A stretch of 64,000 nucleotides of DNA from Muribaculaceae bacterium. GTDB taxonomy: Bacteria > Bacteroidota > Bacteroidia > Bacteroidales > Muribaculaceae. Position numbers and translations under genes: made by a program. The stretch spans positions 92,919 through 156,918 of the forward strand of contig JAFLTT010000003.1 of the NCBI GenBank assembly GCA_022509165.1, read 5' to 3'. The notes beneath the pieces were generated by a model. The model made no database searches. It worked only from the letters and a program-made list of their open reading frames with translations, and was not told where the DNA came from. Position 1 is the stretch's first letter, and every line of letters starts with the position of its first letter. Shown one piece after another: positions 25,660 through 34,703 of the stretch.

Positions 25660-26144
25660 AAAAGATTATAAATGGGATATTTCTTATCATAAGTATCTTA
25701 TTCTTAACCACCGCTTGTGATAACGCCAAACCAGGGAATCAAAATCAAGAAATAAAAGAAGAAAAAATGGGCAGCACTAAATTCAACAATGCTACTCCTG
25801 AACAATTGGAAGGAATAAACAACACTCTGGAAGCCTATATAAAGGCAGCCATAAAAGGAGATAGCAAGATTGCAGAACCGGTATTTACCGATAACGCCAC
25901 GATATCTCATATCGAAAATGACAGCCTGGTATCATTGCCAATTCAAGCTCTTTATGACTATTATAACAGTGATGTTTGTCCTCAACCTGCTTCATATACA
26001 ATAACAGCATGCAATGTATCCGATGATGTAGCCATAGTTGCAATTGATTCAGATTTTGGAGGAACAAAATTTGACGATATGTTTTCAATGGTAAAAGATG
26101 GGAAAAACTGGAAAATAGTCAGCAAAGTCTTTCATGTAAAATAA
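25656..26144 (+). CDS. NTF2-like lipoprotein, paralogous fold to the upstream gene
   Basis: The lipobox is 'TTAC'. The C-terminus 'DGKNWKIVSKVFH' parallels the upstream gene, and the two genes overlap by 4 nt. Confidence 0.55.
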   Translation: MKKIINGIFLIISILFLTTACDNAKPGNQNQEIKEEKMGSTKFNNATPEQLEGINNTLEAYIKAAIKGDSKIAEPVFTDNATISHIENDSLVSLPIQALYDYYNSDVCPQPASYTITACNVSDDVAIVAIDSDFGGTKFDDMFSMVKDGKNWKIVSKVFHVK

Positions 26145-26163
26145 CATAAAACTAAAATCCTCA

Positions 26164-26493
26164 AAATTGACTCCGGCAAAATGGATGGCCCAGGCCCCTA
26201 TCTATATCGTAATTTGTGCAGACAAAGCATAAGCATGGGTGCGTGAATATGACAAGAAAGTACATACAGACATAGACGGTTCTATAATCACTGAAAATCT
26301 TTGTCTTGCAGCAGCAGATTGTGGATTAGGGTCCTGTTGGATCGGTCACTTTGATCCGAAATTAATTTCAGAGATTTTGGATTTACCGGAAAATTTGGAT
26401 CCAATGGCTATTCTTACAATTGGCTATCCCACCAATGATGAAATGCCGGCTAAGAAAAGAAAATCACTTGAAGAAATAGTAAGAATAATTTAA
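26164..26493 (+). pseudogene. Nitroreductase remnant: N-terminus missing and an in-frame stop present
   Basis: The frame reads '...APIYIVICADKA*AWVREYDK...CLAAADCGLGSCWIGHFD...MAILTIGYP', with TAA at 26230-26232. Confidence 0.75.
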
Positions 26494-26674
26494 AACTCAA
26501 TTCAAAAAACGTAACAACAATTGCATAACGGCAAAAGTTAAATGAAGCGGTATCGGAATAAACGGTACCACTTTTTTGTGAGCTTTAAGACAACATAACT
26601 TTGAGCCTTAAAGTAACCTCATTCCTTTTATTCCTATGTAATTTTGCATAATAGAATTTTAACTGATCATAATA

Positions 26675-27694
26675 ATGAAGAAAAGAAAACTAAGAGAGAT
26701 CGAGGTATCAGCCATCGGAATGGGTTGCATGGGATTCAGCACGGCCTATGGAGCAATTCCTACGGAAGAAGAATCAATAAGACTTATACATGAAGCTCAC
26801 GATTTGGGTTGTACTTTATTTGACACGGCAGAAATATACGCAACCTACAGAAACGAAACGCTTGTTGGAAAGGCTTTGAAGACATTTCGTAAGGATATAG
26901 TTCTTTCAACTAAATATTCACCAAATACCTTATTGGGACAAGAAAACATTCCGGGTGGGAAACTGAGCAGAACCGGAGTCAGAACGGCCTTGGAAGACAG
27001 TATGAAAAGACTTCAGACAGATTACATCGACATATACTTCGCTCACCGTATACCTGAAAATGTAGATCCGGCAGAACTTGCTGACTGGTTCGGCGATTTA
27101 ATCCGTGAAGGGAAAATAAGAGGTTGGGGTGTTTCGGAAGCAACAGCGGAACAAATCAGGGTTGCAAATTCGGTTACACCACTGACTGCCGTTCAAAGTG
27201 AATACTCAATGATGGCTCGTCAATGGGAGAAAAAAGTAATACCGGTTTGTGAAGAATTAGGGATAGGCTTTATGGCCTATGCTCCGATGGCAGGAGGTTT
27301 GCTGAGTGGGAAGTATTCAGCATCGACGGAATATAAAGGGGATGATATCAGAAGGGTTATTTCAAGATATAAACCTGAGAATGTAAGTGCCAATCAACCA
27401 ATCATAGATCTGATTAAGAGATTTGCAGAGGAAAAGGGATGCACACCGGCACAAATTTCCTTGGCGTGGGTTATGAAAAATCCCATTGTTGTTCCAATCC
27501 CGGGAATGAGAAGTGATGCAAGAATAAAAGAAAATCTTGGAGCAGCTGATATTGAATTGACTGATTCTGAATATGATCTTTTAACTTCTAAACTAAATAA
27601 ACTGAAAGTTCATGGAGAAAGAACTGACGAACAGATTGCCCAGTTAGGAGAACTCAGAACTAAAATGTATGGAAGTTCAGGGGTACATAACTGA
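26675..27694 (+). CDS. Aldo/keto reductase
   Basis: 'LFDTAEIY', 'DIYFAHR', 'GWGVSE' and 'VQSEYSM' are AKR motifs. Confidence 0.9.
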   Translation: MKKRKLREIEVSAIGMGCMGFSTAYGAIPTEEESIRLIHEAHDLGCTLFDTAEIYATYRNETLVGKALKTFRKDIVLSTKYSPNTLLGQENIPGGKLSRTGVRTALEDSMKRLQTDYIDIYFAHRIPENVDPAELADWFGDLIREGKIRGWGVSEATAEQIRVANSVTPLTAVQSEYSMMARQWEKKVIPVCEELGIGFMAYAPMAGGLLSGKYSASTEYKGDDIRRVISRYKPENVSANQPIIDLIKRFAEEKGCTPAQISLAWVMKNPIVVPIPGMRSDARIKENLGAADIELTDSEYDLLTSKLNKLKVHGERTDEQIAQLGELRTKMYGSSGVHN

Positions 27695-27744
27695 ATAAAG
27701 TTTTTATAAGGGGAAGTCGTAGCCTTAGCTTTGAGGCAAAAATA

Positions 27745-27783
27745 AAGAGAGGTGGCACCGGATTTTCCAACGTCACCTCTCTT
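27745..27783 (+). terminator. Hairpin containing GAGGTGGCACCG (family member 2)
   Basis: AAGAGAGGTG...CACCTCTCTT 10-bp arms, 50 nt after the stop at 27694. Confidence 0.55.
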
Positions 27784-27906
27784 CTTTCATAAGATAGTAA
27801 AACAAAGAATTCTTATTATTTCTATTGAAATTATTCTTTACAAAACCTTTAAAACTTAAGAATTACCTAAGTTGTTTAAAAATTAGAATTATTTAATAAA
27901 AACATT

Positions 27907-28794
27907 ATGAAGGTTAGGAAAATAAATGTGTTGTCACTATTTTTATTAATCTCTATTTTGAGTAGTCTAAATATGAAAGCACAGGAGGTTCACCAATTAT
28001 GGCTCGAAGGCTCAAAAGGAAAACTCTATACCTTGCTTCAATATCCTGATGAAGTGAAGAAGGATGTGAAATATCCTTTGGTGATAATCTGCCACGGATT
28101 CAGTGGAAATTGTGAATCGGAGATGCAGAAGGATCTTGCCGATGATATTGTCCGGAATGGAATGGCAGCTCTCCGTTTTGACTTCAACGGTCATGGTAAG
28201 AGCGATGGGTTATTTCAAGATATGACGGTGCCGAATGAGATAGAAGATTTGAAGGATGTTATCAAATGGGCCCAGAAACAACCATGGGTAGAATCTATTG
28301 GACTTGTAGGACACTCGCAGGGAGGGGTCGTGGTAAGTATGGTTGCAGGAGAGCTGGGAGATAAAATCATTAAGGCTGAGGCATTAATGGCTCCAGCTGC
28401 TGTCCTACGAGACGATGCCTTAAGAGGAAGCACTATGGGAGCATATTATGACCCGTATAATATTCAGGGAGATTATGTGGAACTTCCCGGATCTCCGGAA
28501 GCCGGTTCTTTGAAACTTGGTAAGGCTTACATTGAAACCGCCATGACACTGCCGATATATGAAACCGCAAAGAAATATACCGGTCCCACATTGATATTGC
28601 AAGGCACTCATGACAGAGTTGTCCCATATACATATGCCGAAAGATATCATGAAGAGATAAAGGGAAGCCAACTGAAACTTATCGAAGGAGACAATCATAT
28701 GTTCTCTAATTCCCTAACCCAAAGTTGTCAGTTTGTTGCCAACTGGATGAAGACAAAGTTAGAAGGATGGAAAGTGGTGAAGATTAGTCAGTAA
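27907..28794 (+). CDS. Alpha/beta hydrolase (secreted)
   Basis: Signal peptide, nucleophile elbow 'GHSQGG', and C-terminal 'GTHD' and 'DNHMF' motifs. Confidence 0.85.
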   Translation: MKVRKINVLSLFLLISILSSLNMKAQEVHQLWLEGSKGKLYTLLQYPDEVKKDVKYPLVIICHGFSGNCESEMQKDLADDIVRNGMAALRFDFNGHGKSDGLFQDMTVPNEIEDLKDVIKWAQKQPWVESIGLVGHSQGGVVVSMVAGELGDKIIKAEALMAPAAVLRDDALRGSTMGAYYDPYNIQGDYVELPGSPEAGSLKLGKAYIETAMTLPIYETAKKYTGPTLILQGTHDRVVPYTYAERYHEEIKGSQLKLIEGDNHMFSNSLTQSCQFVANWMKTKLEGWKVVKISQ

Positions 28795-28906
28795 GGTTAT
28801 TATTACAAGTTCTACTTAAATGATTTACTAAAGTAAACCTTCGTAATTTTTTAATTGTTGAAGGAATAAGATAATACTCTCACACTGAGAATAAAACACT
28901 ATAAAT

Positions 28907-29587
28907 ATGGAAGAAAAGAAAATTAAAGTATTGTTGGTTAACGGTTCTCCGAGGCCTAACCATAATACTGGCAAAGCACTCAAAGCAGCTATGGAAGGAG
29001 CAATCGAAGCTGGAGCTGAAGCTGAACTGATCAATCTCTACACAATCAAAAATCTTAAAGGTTGCTATAGTTGTTTCCGATGCCAAAGAAAAGGGTTTTC
29101 AAAAGTTGATCCGGTATGTTGCATAAAGGATGAGACATGGCCATATCTGGATAAGGCCAGAGAAGCCGATGTGGTGATTGTAGGTAGTCCGAATTATTTC
29201 GGTTATCCCACAGGTGAATTCCGAGCCTTCCTTGAAAGATTTCTTTTCCCGAAGTTCTCTTACATTAAAAATGCTCCTTTGGTAAATCCCAAAAACACAG
29301 CATGTATTTTTACTATGAATGCACCTGAAGAGTATATGATTCCGGGTCATTATGATATTCTTTTAGGAACCTCTGTTGATAACTGTAAACATATTTATGG
29401 TTTTGGAGAAGCCCTATATATCAATTTCACTTATCAGTTTGATGATTATTCACAGATGGCTTTTGATTATGTACCTGAAGAAGTGAAAAGGGAATACAGA
29501 GACAAGCATTTTCCTGAAGACTTAAACCGAGCCAAAGAATTAGGGAAACGTCTTGTGGAAGAAGCTAAAAGTAGATTGAATTTATAA
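28907..29587 (+). CDS. Flavodoxin-like / NAD(P)H-dependent FMN reductase family protein
   Basis: 'KVLLVNGSPR...NT' lies at the N-terminus and 'ADVVIVGSPNYFG' is present. Confidence 0.8.
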   Translation: MEEKKIKVLLVNGSPRPNHNTGKALKAAMEGAIEAGAEAELINLYTIKNLKGCYSCFRCQRKGFSKVDPVCCIKDETWPYLDKAREADVVIVGSPNYFGYPTGEFRAFLERFLFPKFSYIKNAPLVNPKNTACIFTMNAPEEYMIPGHYDILLGTSVDNCKHIYGFGEALYINFTYQFDDYSQMAFDYVPEEVKREYRDKHFPEDLNRAKELGKRLVEEAKSRLNL

Positions 29588-29696
29588 TTGAAAAACTGCA
29601 GCATCAGCTGCATTGATCCATAAATAAAGAGGTTGCATAGGCGAATGCCATGCAACCTCTTACTTTATGGTTTGAAATGAATAAGACTAAAAAGAA

Positions 29697-30512
29697 TTAT
29701 TTATCGAGTTGGAGATAATAATCATCATCTACAGGTTCAAGCCAAACATTTGATGAATTTTCTCCCTCTATTTCAAAAGCAAGATGAGAAAACCAACTGT
29801 CTTTCTGGGCTCCATGCCAGTGTTTTACATTGGCAGGAATATGAATCACTGTACCGGGAAGTATCTCCACAGGCTCTTTCCCTTCTTCCTGATACCATCC
29901 ACGACCTGCAACTCCTACAAGTACTTGCCCTCCTCCCTTTTCTGCTTTATGGATATGCCAGTTGTTACGGACCGAGGGTTCAAAAGTTACATTAAAGAAT
30001 GTTACCTGTTCATTGGATAATGGTGCAAGATATGAATTCCCGGTAAAATATTGTGAATAAGGATTAGGTTCTCCGATAGGGAAAATCATTTTTTTCTGAT
30101 GTTCAGCTTTTGCATCATCTTCAGAAATATCATCGCTCCAAACTTCTTTTGCCAAACGGAAAGCAGCCCAAGCTTTTGGCCAGCCTGCATAGAATGCAAT
30201 GTGGGTGATAATTTCGGAAATTTCAGTTCGGGTTATCCCATTTTTCTTAGCAGTCTGAAGATGATATGTCAGTGAACTATCTGTTAGTCCCTGAGAGATA
30301 AGGGAAGTGATGGTTACAATACTTCTATCTCTCAATGATAGAAGATCATTTCTGCTCCATACTTCTCCAAAAAGTATATCATCATTCAGATGTGCAAATT
30401 CCGGAGCAAAGTCACCTAATTGGTCCCTTCCTGCTGTCTGTACTATTTTTTGTTGTGCCATAGAAGAAATCGTTGTTAGAAATATAAAAGCAAAGATGCT
30501 AAATATTTTCAT
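29697..30512 (-). CDS. Carboxymuconolactone-decarboxylase-like plus cupin two-domain protein with a signal peptide
   Basis: CMD-type 'LSLRDRSIVTITSL...E..E.ITH.AFY.GWP', followed by cupin 'W.H.H...GGQ.L.V..G.G'. Confidence 0.75.
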   Translation of the reverse strand: MKIFSIFAFIFLTTISSMAQQKIVQTAGRDQLGDFAPEFAHLNDDILFGEVWSRNDLLSLRDRSIVTITSLISQGLTDSSLTYHLQTAKKNGITRTEISEIITHIAFYAGWPKAWAAFRLAKEVWSDDISEDDAKAEHQKKMIFPIGEPNPYSQYFTGNSYLAPLSNEQVTFFNVTFEPSVRNNWHIHKAEKGGGQVLVGVAGRGWYQEEGKEPVEILPGTVIHIPANVKHWHGAQKDSWFSHLAFEIEGENSSNVWLEPVDDDYYLQLDK

Positions 30513-30525
30513 AGGATAAAAGGAT

Positions 30526-31080
30526 TTATTTTATTATAGTTTTCTTTCCATTGATGATATAAACGCCGGCTAAAAGAGGTCGTTGGCTAATTAAATTACC
30601 CTTCAAATCATAAATTTTTTCTTCTTTTACATCGGAAAATCTCACTTGTCTTACCTCCGCTTTATCTTCTAATGACAGAGAAATGCTTACAGGATTTCCT
30701 GACAGGAATTCCTTGATTTGAGAAGAAGTCATGTCATCCATTGTTCCTAACTTTGTATAGGCCCAGGTGTTGGAACCATAGAATATACACATTACATTCC
30801 CGATATAAAGCATTATATCGCCTGATTGGGCAGTCTGTCTCACATCGGAAGTTGGCAAAGATTGTGGAAGGTTTCCGACTTTCTCAAAACCTCCGTTCTC
30901 CGTCATCGATAATGTTATGGGACCTTCTTCAAGAATAGAAATCAATTCTGCTGTTGCACTGTTCTCAACTAAAGTAGCTGTTTTTGTGACTCCGTTAGCT
31001 GTGAGATAAAGTTTCACTTGAGAATTAACAGAACAAGATGCCATAATTGTAATTATTAAAGCTAAAAATATCTTTTTCAT
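30526..31080 (-). CDS. Cyclophilin-like fold lipoprotein
   Basis: 'TATLVENSATAELISIL....L.M.E.GG.EK...L' and 'GDIMLY.GN....FYG' resemble the cyclophilin-like family. The lipobox is 'MASCS'. Confidence 0.6.
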   Translation of the reverse strand: MKKIFLALIITIMASCSVNSQVKLYLTANGVTKTATLVENSATAELISILEEGPITLSMTENGGFEKVGNLPQSLPTSDVRQTAQSGDIMLYIGNVMCIFYGSNTWAYTKLGTMDDMTSSQIKEFLSGNPVSISLSLEDKAEVRQVRFSDVKEEKIYDLKGNLISQRPLLAGVYIINGKKTIIK

Positions 31081-31226
31081 ATTTTAAGTTGATTGATTTG
31101 CAAATTTAGTTTCTTTGAAAAAGAGATTGCTTACCATTTTCACTGATATCCTTACCAATTTTAATGATTCTTTTCTGCAGAGAAAAATAAAGATTATTTT
31201 TGCATTCCTATAAAAAATTTAATTAG

Positions 31227-32120
31227 ATGAGTAAAATAGTACTCGATTCTTTAAAGACTTACAATGATCTGTACGGACTAAAAACCTCTCACCCATTGAT
31301 TGGAGTGCTGGATTTGAAGGACGCCACAAAGATAGTGAACCATATTGAAATGAAGTTTGAAGTCTTTGCATTATTTCTTAAACAAGGGGTTCAATGCTCT
31401 CTTAAATATGGAAGAAAAAACTATGACTATCAGGAAGGAACCATTGTTAGTTTTGCTCCGGGCCAAGTGGTAGAACTGGCTGATGAAAAGGATGAATTGG
31501 CACCAAAAGTTGTGGGACTGATGTTTCACCCTGATTTAATATATGGCACTCCTTTAGCATCTAAAATAAAAGATTTTGAATTTTTCAGTTTTTCCCAAAC
31601 CGAATCCCTTCACCTTTCAGAAAAAGAGAGAGAAAAATTTAATTTTTTCCTAAATCTTATCAGGGAAGAACTGGAAAGGCCAATAGACAATCATACCGCC
31701 TCTGTCTTAGCCGCACATATACAATTATTGCTGGAGCATCTTGACAGATTTTACGATCGCCAGTTTATCACTCGACATAAAGTCAATTCAGATATAGTAT
31801 CCCAGTTTCAACAGAATCTTCAAAATTATTTCCTGGAGAATGAAATTGTAAATACTCCAAATGTGGGATACTTCGCTGAAAAAGCTTCTCTTTCAACCGG
31901 ATATTTCAGTAATCTGATTAAAAAAGAGACAGGAACTTCACCTAAAGACTTGATTTCATTGAAATTAATAGACGAAGCGAAAAGAAGGCTTATTGAAACA
32001 AATCAGGATATAAGTGTAATTGCTTATAGCCTTGGCTTTGATTATCCTGCTCATTTCACTCGACTTTTCAAGAAAATTACAGGTCTCACACCAACTGAAT
32101 ATAGACTAAAAGTTAATTAA
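31227..32120 (+). CDS. AraC-family transcriptional regulator
   Basis: C-terminal double HTH: 'YFSNLIKKETG.SP...I', then 'I..IAYSLGFDYP.HFTRLFKK.TG.TP.EYR'. Confidence 0.9.
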   Translation: MSKIVLDSLKTYNDLYGLKTSHPLIGVLDLKDATKIVNHIEMKFEVFALFLKQGVQCSLKYGRKNYDYQEGTIVSFAPGQVVELADEKDELAPKVVGLMFHPDLIYGTPLASKIKDFEFFSFSQTESLHLSEKEREKFNFFLNLIREELERPIDNHTASVLAAHIQLLLEHLDRFYDRQFITRHKVNSDIVSQFQQNLQNYFLENEIVNTPNVGYFAEKASLSTGYFSNLIKKETGTSPKDLISLKLIDEAKRRLIETNQDISVIAYSLGFDYPAHFTRLFKKITGLTPTEYRLKVN

Positions 32121-32124
32121 CGAT

Positions 32125-32688
32125 ATGACCGTTGAAGAATTTAAAGAATATGTCAAGACAGGTAAACCATTAGATACTCCTGAAATTTTTGAAGTATTGA
32201 ACCGACAGAGCGACGAAGCCCGAAAATTTACTTTTAGGCTCAACGGTTCCTACCATTCCATGAATGAAATCAGGGAAATACTCTCAGAACTTTTCGGTTA
32301 TAAGGTACCGGAAACCTTACGAGTTTTTCCTCCATTTTATACTGATTTCGGTAGAAATATCCATATTGGAGAAAATGTATTTATTAATGCATGTTGTCAG
32401 TTTCAGGATCAGGGTGGGATATGGATAGGTGATGGATGTCTCATTGGGCATAATGTGGTTTTTGCCACTCTAAATCATGACCTAAACCCTGACAGAAGAC
32501 AAATTTGTATCCCCAAAAGTATAAAATTGGGTAAAAATGTATGGATAGGTTCTAATGCTACCATTTTGTCAGGAGTAAAAATTGGTGATAACGCTGTAGT
32601 GGCAGCCGGTGCTGTGGTGCATAGAGATGTTGAAGCCAATTCTATTGTTGGAGGTGTTCCGGCAAAATTCATTAAATGGATTGACTGA
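32125..32688 (+). CDS. Sugar O-acetyltransferase (maltose/galactoside acetyltransferase family, LbH)
   Basis: Mac-type N-terminus and hexapeptide repeats 'IGENVFIN...IGDGCLIG...IGSNATIL.GV.IGDNAVVAAGAVV'. Confidence 0.88.
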   Translation: MTVEEFKEYVKTGKPLDTPEIFEVLNRQSDEARKFTFRLNGSYHSMNEIREILSELFGYKVPETLRVFPPFYTDFGRNIHIGENVFINACCQFQDQGGIWIGDGCLIGHNVVFATLNHDLNPDRRQICIPKSIKLGKNVWIGSNATILSGVKIGDNAVVAAGAVVHRDVEANSIVGGVPAKFIKWID

Positions 32689-32739
32689 TTTAAATAAGGA
32701 GTTTGGGAGTTATTGTTTGTAAGGTTATAAAATAATAAA

Positions 32740-34149
32740 ATGGCCGACATAAAACTTACACTTCATAAATATATAGCCATTGGCTCAGTGCTGATAGTCC
32801 TGGCAATGACCATGCTTGATGGAACTCTTGTGAATGTGGCTTTACCGATTTTTGCACAAGAATTTCATGTATCAGATTCAAATGCTGTATGGATTGTGAC
32901 CATTTATCAGTTGGTTCTGACTATGCTGATGCTTCCTTTGGCATATATCGGAGATCTTTACAGTTATAAAAGAAATTATATTTTCGGCATAGCTATTTTT
33001 ACAGCCGGATCCGCCTTATGTGCTGCTTCACAATCCTTTGGTATGATGATAGCTGCCAGAGCTGCACAAGGTTTTGGAGCTGCTTTAGCTACAAGTGTAA
33101 ACGTAGCCCTTGTAAGACTGATTTATCCGCCGGAAACTTTGGCAAGAGGATTGGCCGTAAATACCATGGTTATTGCAATATCATCAGCTGCCGGTCCATC
33201 TCTTGCCGGTATAATTCTTTCTTCTGCATCATGGCATTGGTTATTTCTGATTAATCTGCCTCTTGGTGTTGCAGCTTTCCTGATGGCTTACAAATATCTT
33301 CCGGATAATCCTCCGAAGGATCACAAAATTAAGCCTGACTGGCTTAGCGGGGTAGCCAATATAATAGTTTTCGGCACCATTTTCTATGCATTGGGAAATT
33401 TAGCCAACAAGCATGTGTTGTGGGAAAATATTTTATTAATTGTTTCAGGAATTGTGGTAGGTATTTTCTATGTAAGGCATCTTCATGGAAGGGAATTACC
33501 GATGTTTCCTATAGATTTATTGCATAACAAACTTTACACTTTAAGTGTAATCACATACACCTGTTCATTTGTGACACAATGTATGGCACTTATTGCTTTG
33601 CCATTTCTTTTTCTGAATGGTTATAAGTTTTCTGAATTAACCACCGGCTTATTGATGACTCCCTGGCCACTCGCTACTATGGCAATATCACCATTTGCAG
33701 CAAGGTATATTGAGAAACATAATGCCGGGGCTACCGCGGCTTTCGGGATGTTGGTATATGCAATAGGGATAGGATTACTTTTGATCGAACCTCCTGCAGG
33801 CCCGGTTGCGGAATGGGATATTGCCTGGAGAATGGCACTTTGTGGTTTCGGTTTCGGAATATTTCAGACACCTAATGTGTATGTAATGATATCAGCCACA
33901 CCTGTTTCACGTTCTGGGGCAGCAGGAGGATTCCAAAGCACCGCCCGCATGGGTGCCTTGACTTTCGGAGCTACCCTCGTGACTCTTATTTTTGCATGGT
34001 GTTCCTCTCCTACTGACGCCGGTTCTCTTACAAATGGAGCACCCGGTGTTAGAGTATGCCTTTATGTAGCTTTATTCTTTGCAATAATAGCGGGTGTATT
34101 CAGTCTGAGTCGAGTAAAATCAATATCTCATGCTGTAAAAACTACATAA
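32740..34149 (+). CDS. MFS transporter (14-TM DHA2/EmrB-QacA-like drug:H+ antiporter)
   Basis: 469 aa and highly hydrophobic, with an MFS 'LDGTLVNVALP' start and an 'AARAAQGFGAA' motif. Confidence 0.85.
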   Translation: MADIKLTLHKYIAIGSVLIVLAMTMLDGTLVNVALPIFAQEFHVSDSNAVWIVTIYQLVLTMLMLPLAYIGDLYSYKRNYIFGIAIFTAGSALCAASQSFGMMIAARAAQGFGAALATSVNVALVRLIYPPETLARGLAVNTMVIAISSAAGPSLAGIILSSASWHWLFLINLPLGVAAFLMAYKYLPDNPPKDHKIKPDWLSGVANIIVFGTIFYALGNLANKHVLWENILLIVSGIVVGIFYVRHLHGRELPMFPIDLLHNKLYTLSVITYTCSFVTQCMALIALPFLFLNGYKFSELTTGLLMTPWPLATMAISPFAARYIEKHNAGATAAFGMLVYAIGIGLLLIEPPAGPVAEWDIAWRMALCGFGFGIFQTPNVYVMISATPVSRSGAAGGFQSTARMGALTFGATLVTLIFAWCSSPTDAGSLTNGAPGVRVCLYVALFFAIIAGVFSLSRVKSISHAVKTT

Positions 34150-34265
34150 CTATTGGTCATACGAAAGTCTTTTAATTTAGATTTATTTTCCTTGAAAAAA
34201 TTCAAAGATTTGCATAGAAATAACTTCTAAACTCCAATAGAGATAATACTAAAATATATATAAGA

Positions 34266-34308
34266 ATACCAAAAGAGGGAGATGCGATGCATCCCCCTCT
34301 TTTGGTAT
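34266..34308. terminator. Bidirectional terminator hairpin between convergent genes
   Basis: ATACCAAAAGAGGG-N15-CCCTCTTTTGGTAT with a 14-bp stem and A/T tracts on both sides. Confidence 0.8.
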
Positions 34309-34334
34309 TTTCTTATGTTACCGTAAAGGATTTT

Positions 34335-34541
34335 TTACACAAGATTCACTGCAATCTCCTCATCGTTAGTTGCGATGACAATCTTGCCTTCTCTTCCTAA
34401 CCAACCAAGAGCTGCCATGATCTCATCCTTTTTCAATTTTGTAGCCTTCTTGAGTTCTTTAAGGCCAAGGATGTGAGTGTCTGATTTCTCAAGAGCCTGG
34501 TAAACTTCACCAGCCCAAGTTCCGATTGATTCAATGTTCAT
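34335..34541 (-). CDS. Winged-helix DUF2582-like small protein
   Basis: 68 aa. 'AGEVY.AL.......L.ELKKATKLKKDEI..ALGWL.REGKI'. Confidence 0.65.
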   Translation of the reverse strand: MNIESIGTWAGEVYQALEKSDTHILGLKELKKATKLKKDEIMAALGWLGREGKIVIATNDEEIAVNLV

Positions 34542-34703
34542 AACCTAAAAATTTATTGGTTAAACTTCATTTTACTAACTTTTTGTAAGGCAATTTTTAA
34601 AATGCCTTTACATTATAACGCTTTTGCAATGCAAAATTAATAAATTTTTTTGAAAAAAATTATTATTGCAAATTTTCTGCATTGATTATCAATCGTTTTG
34701 ATG

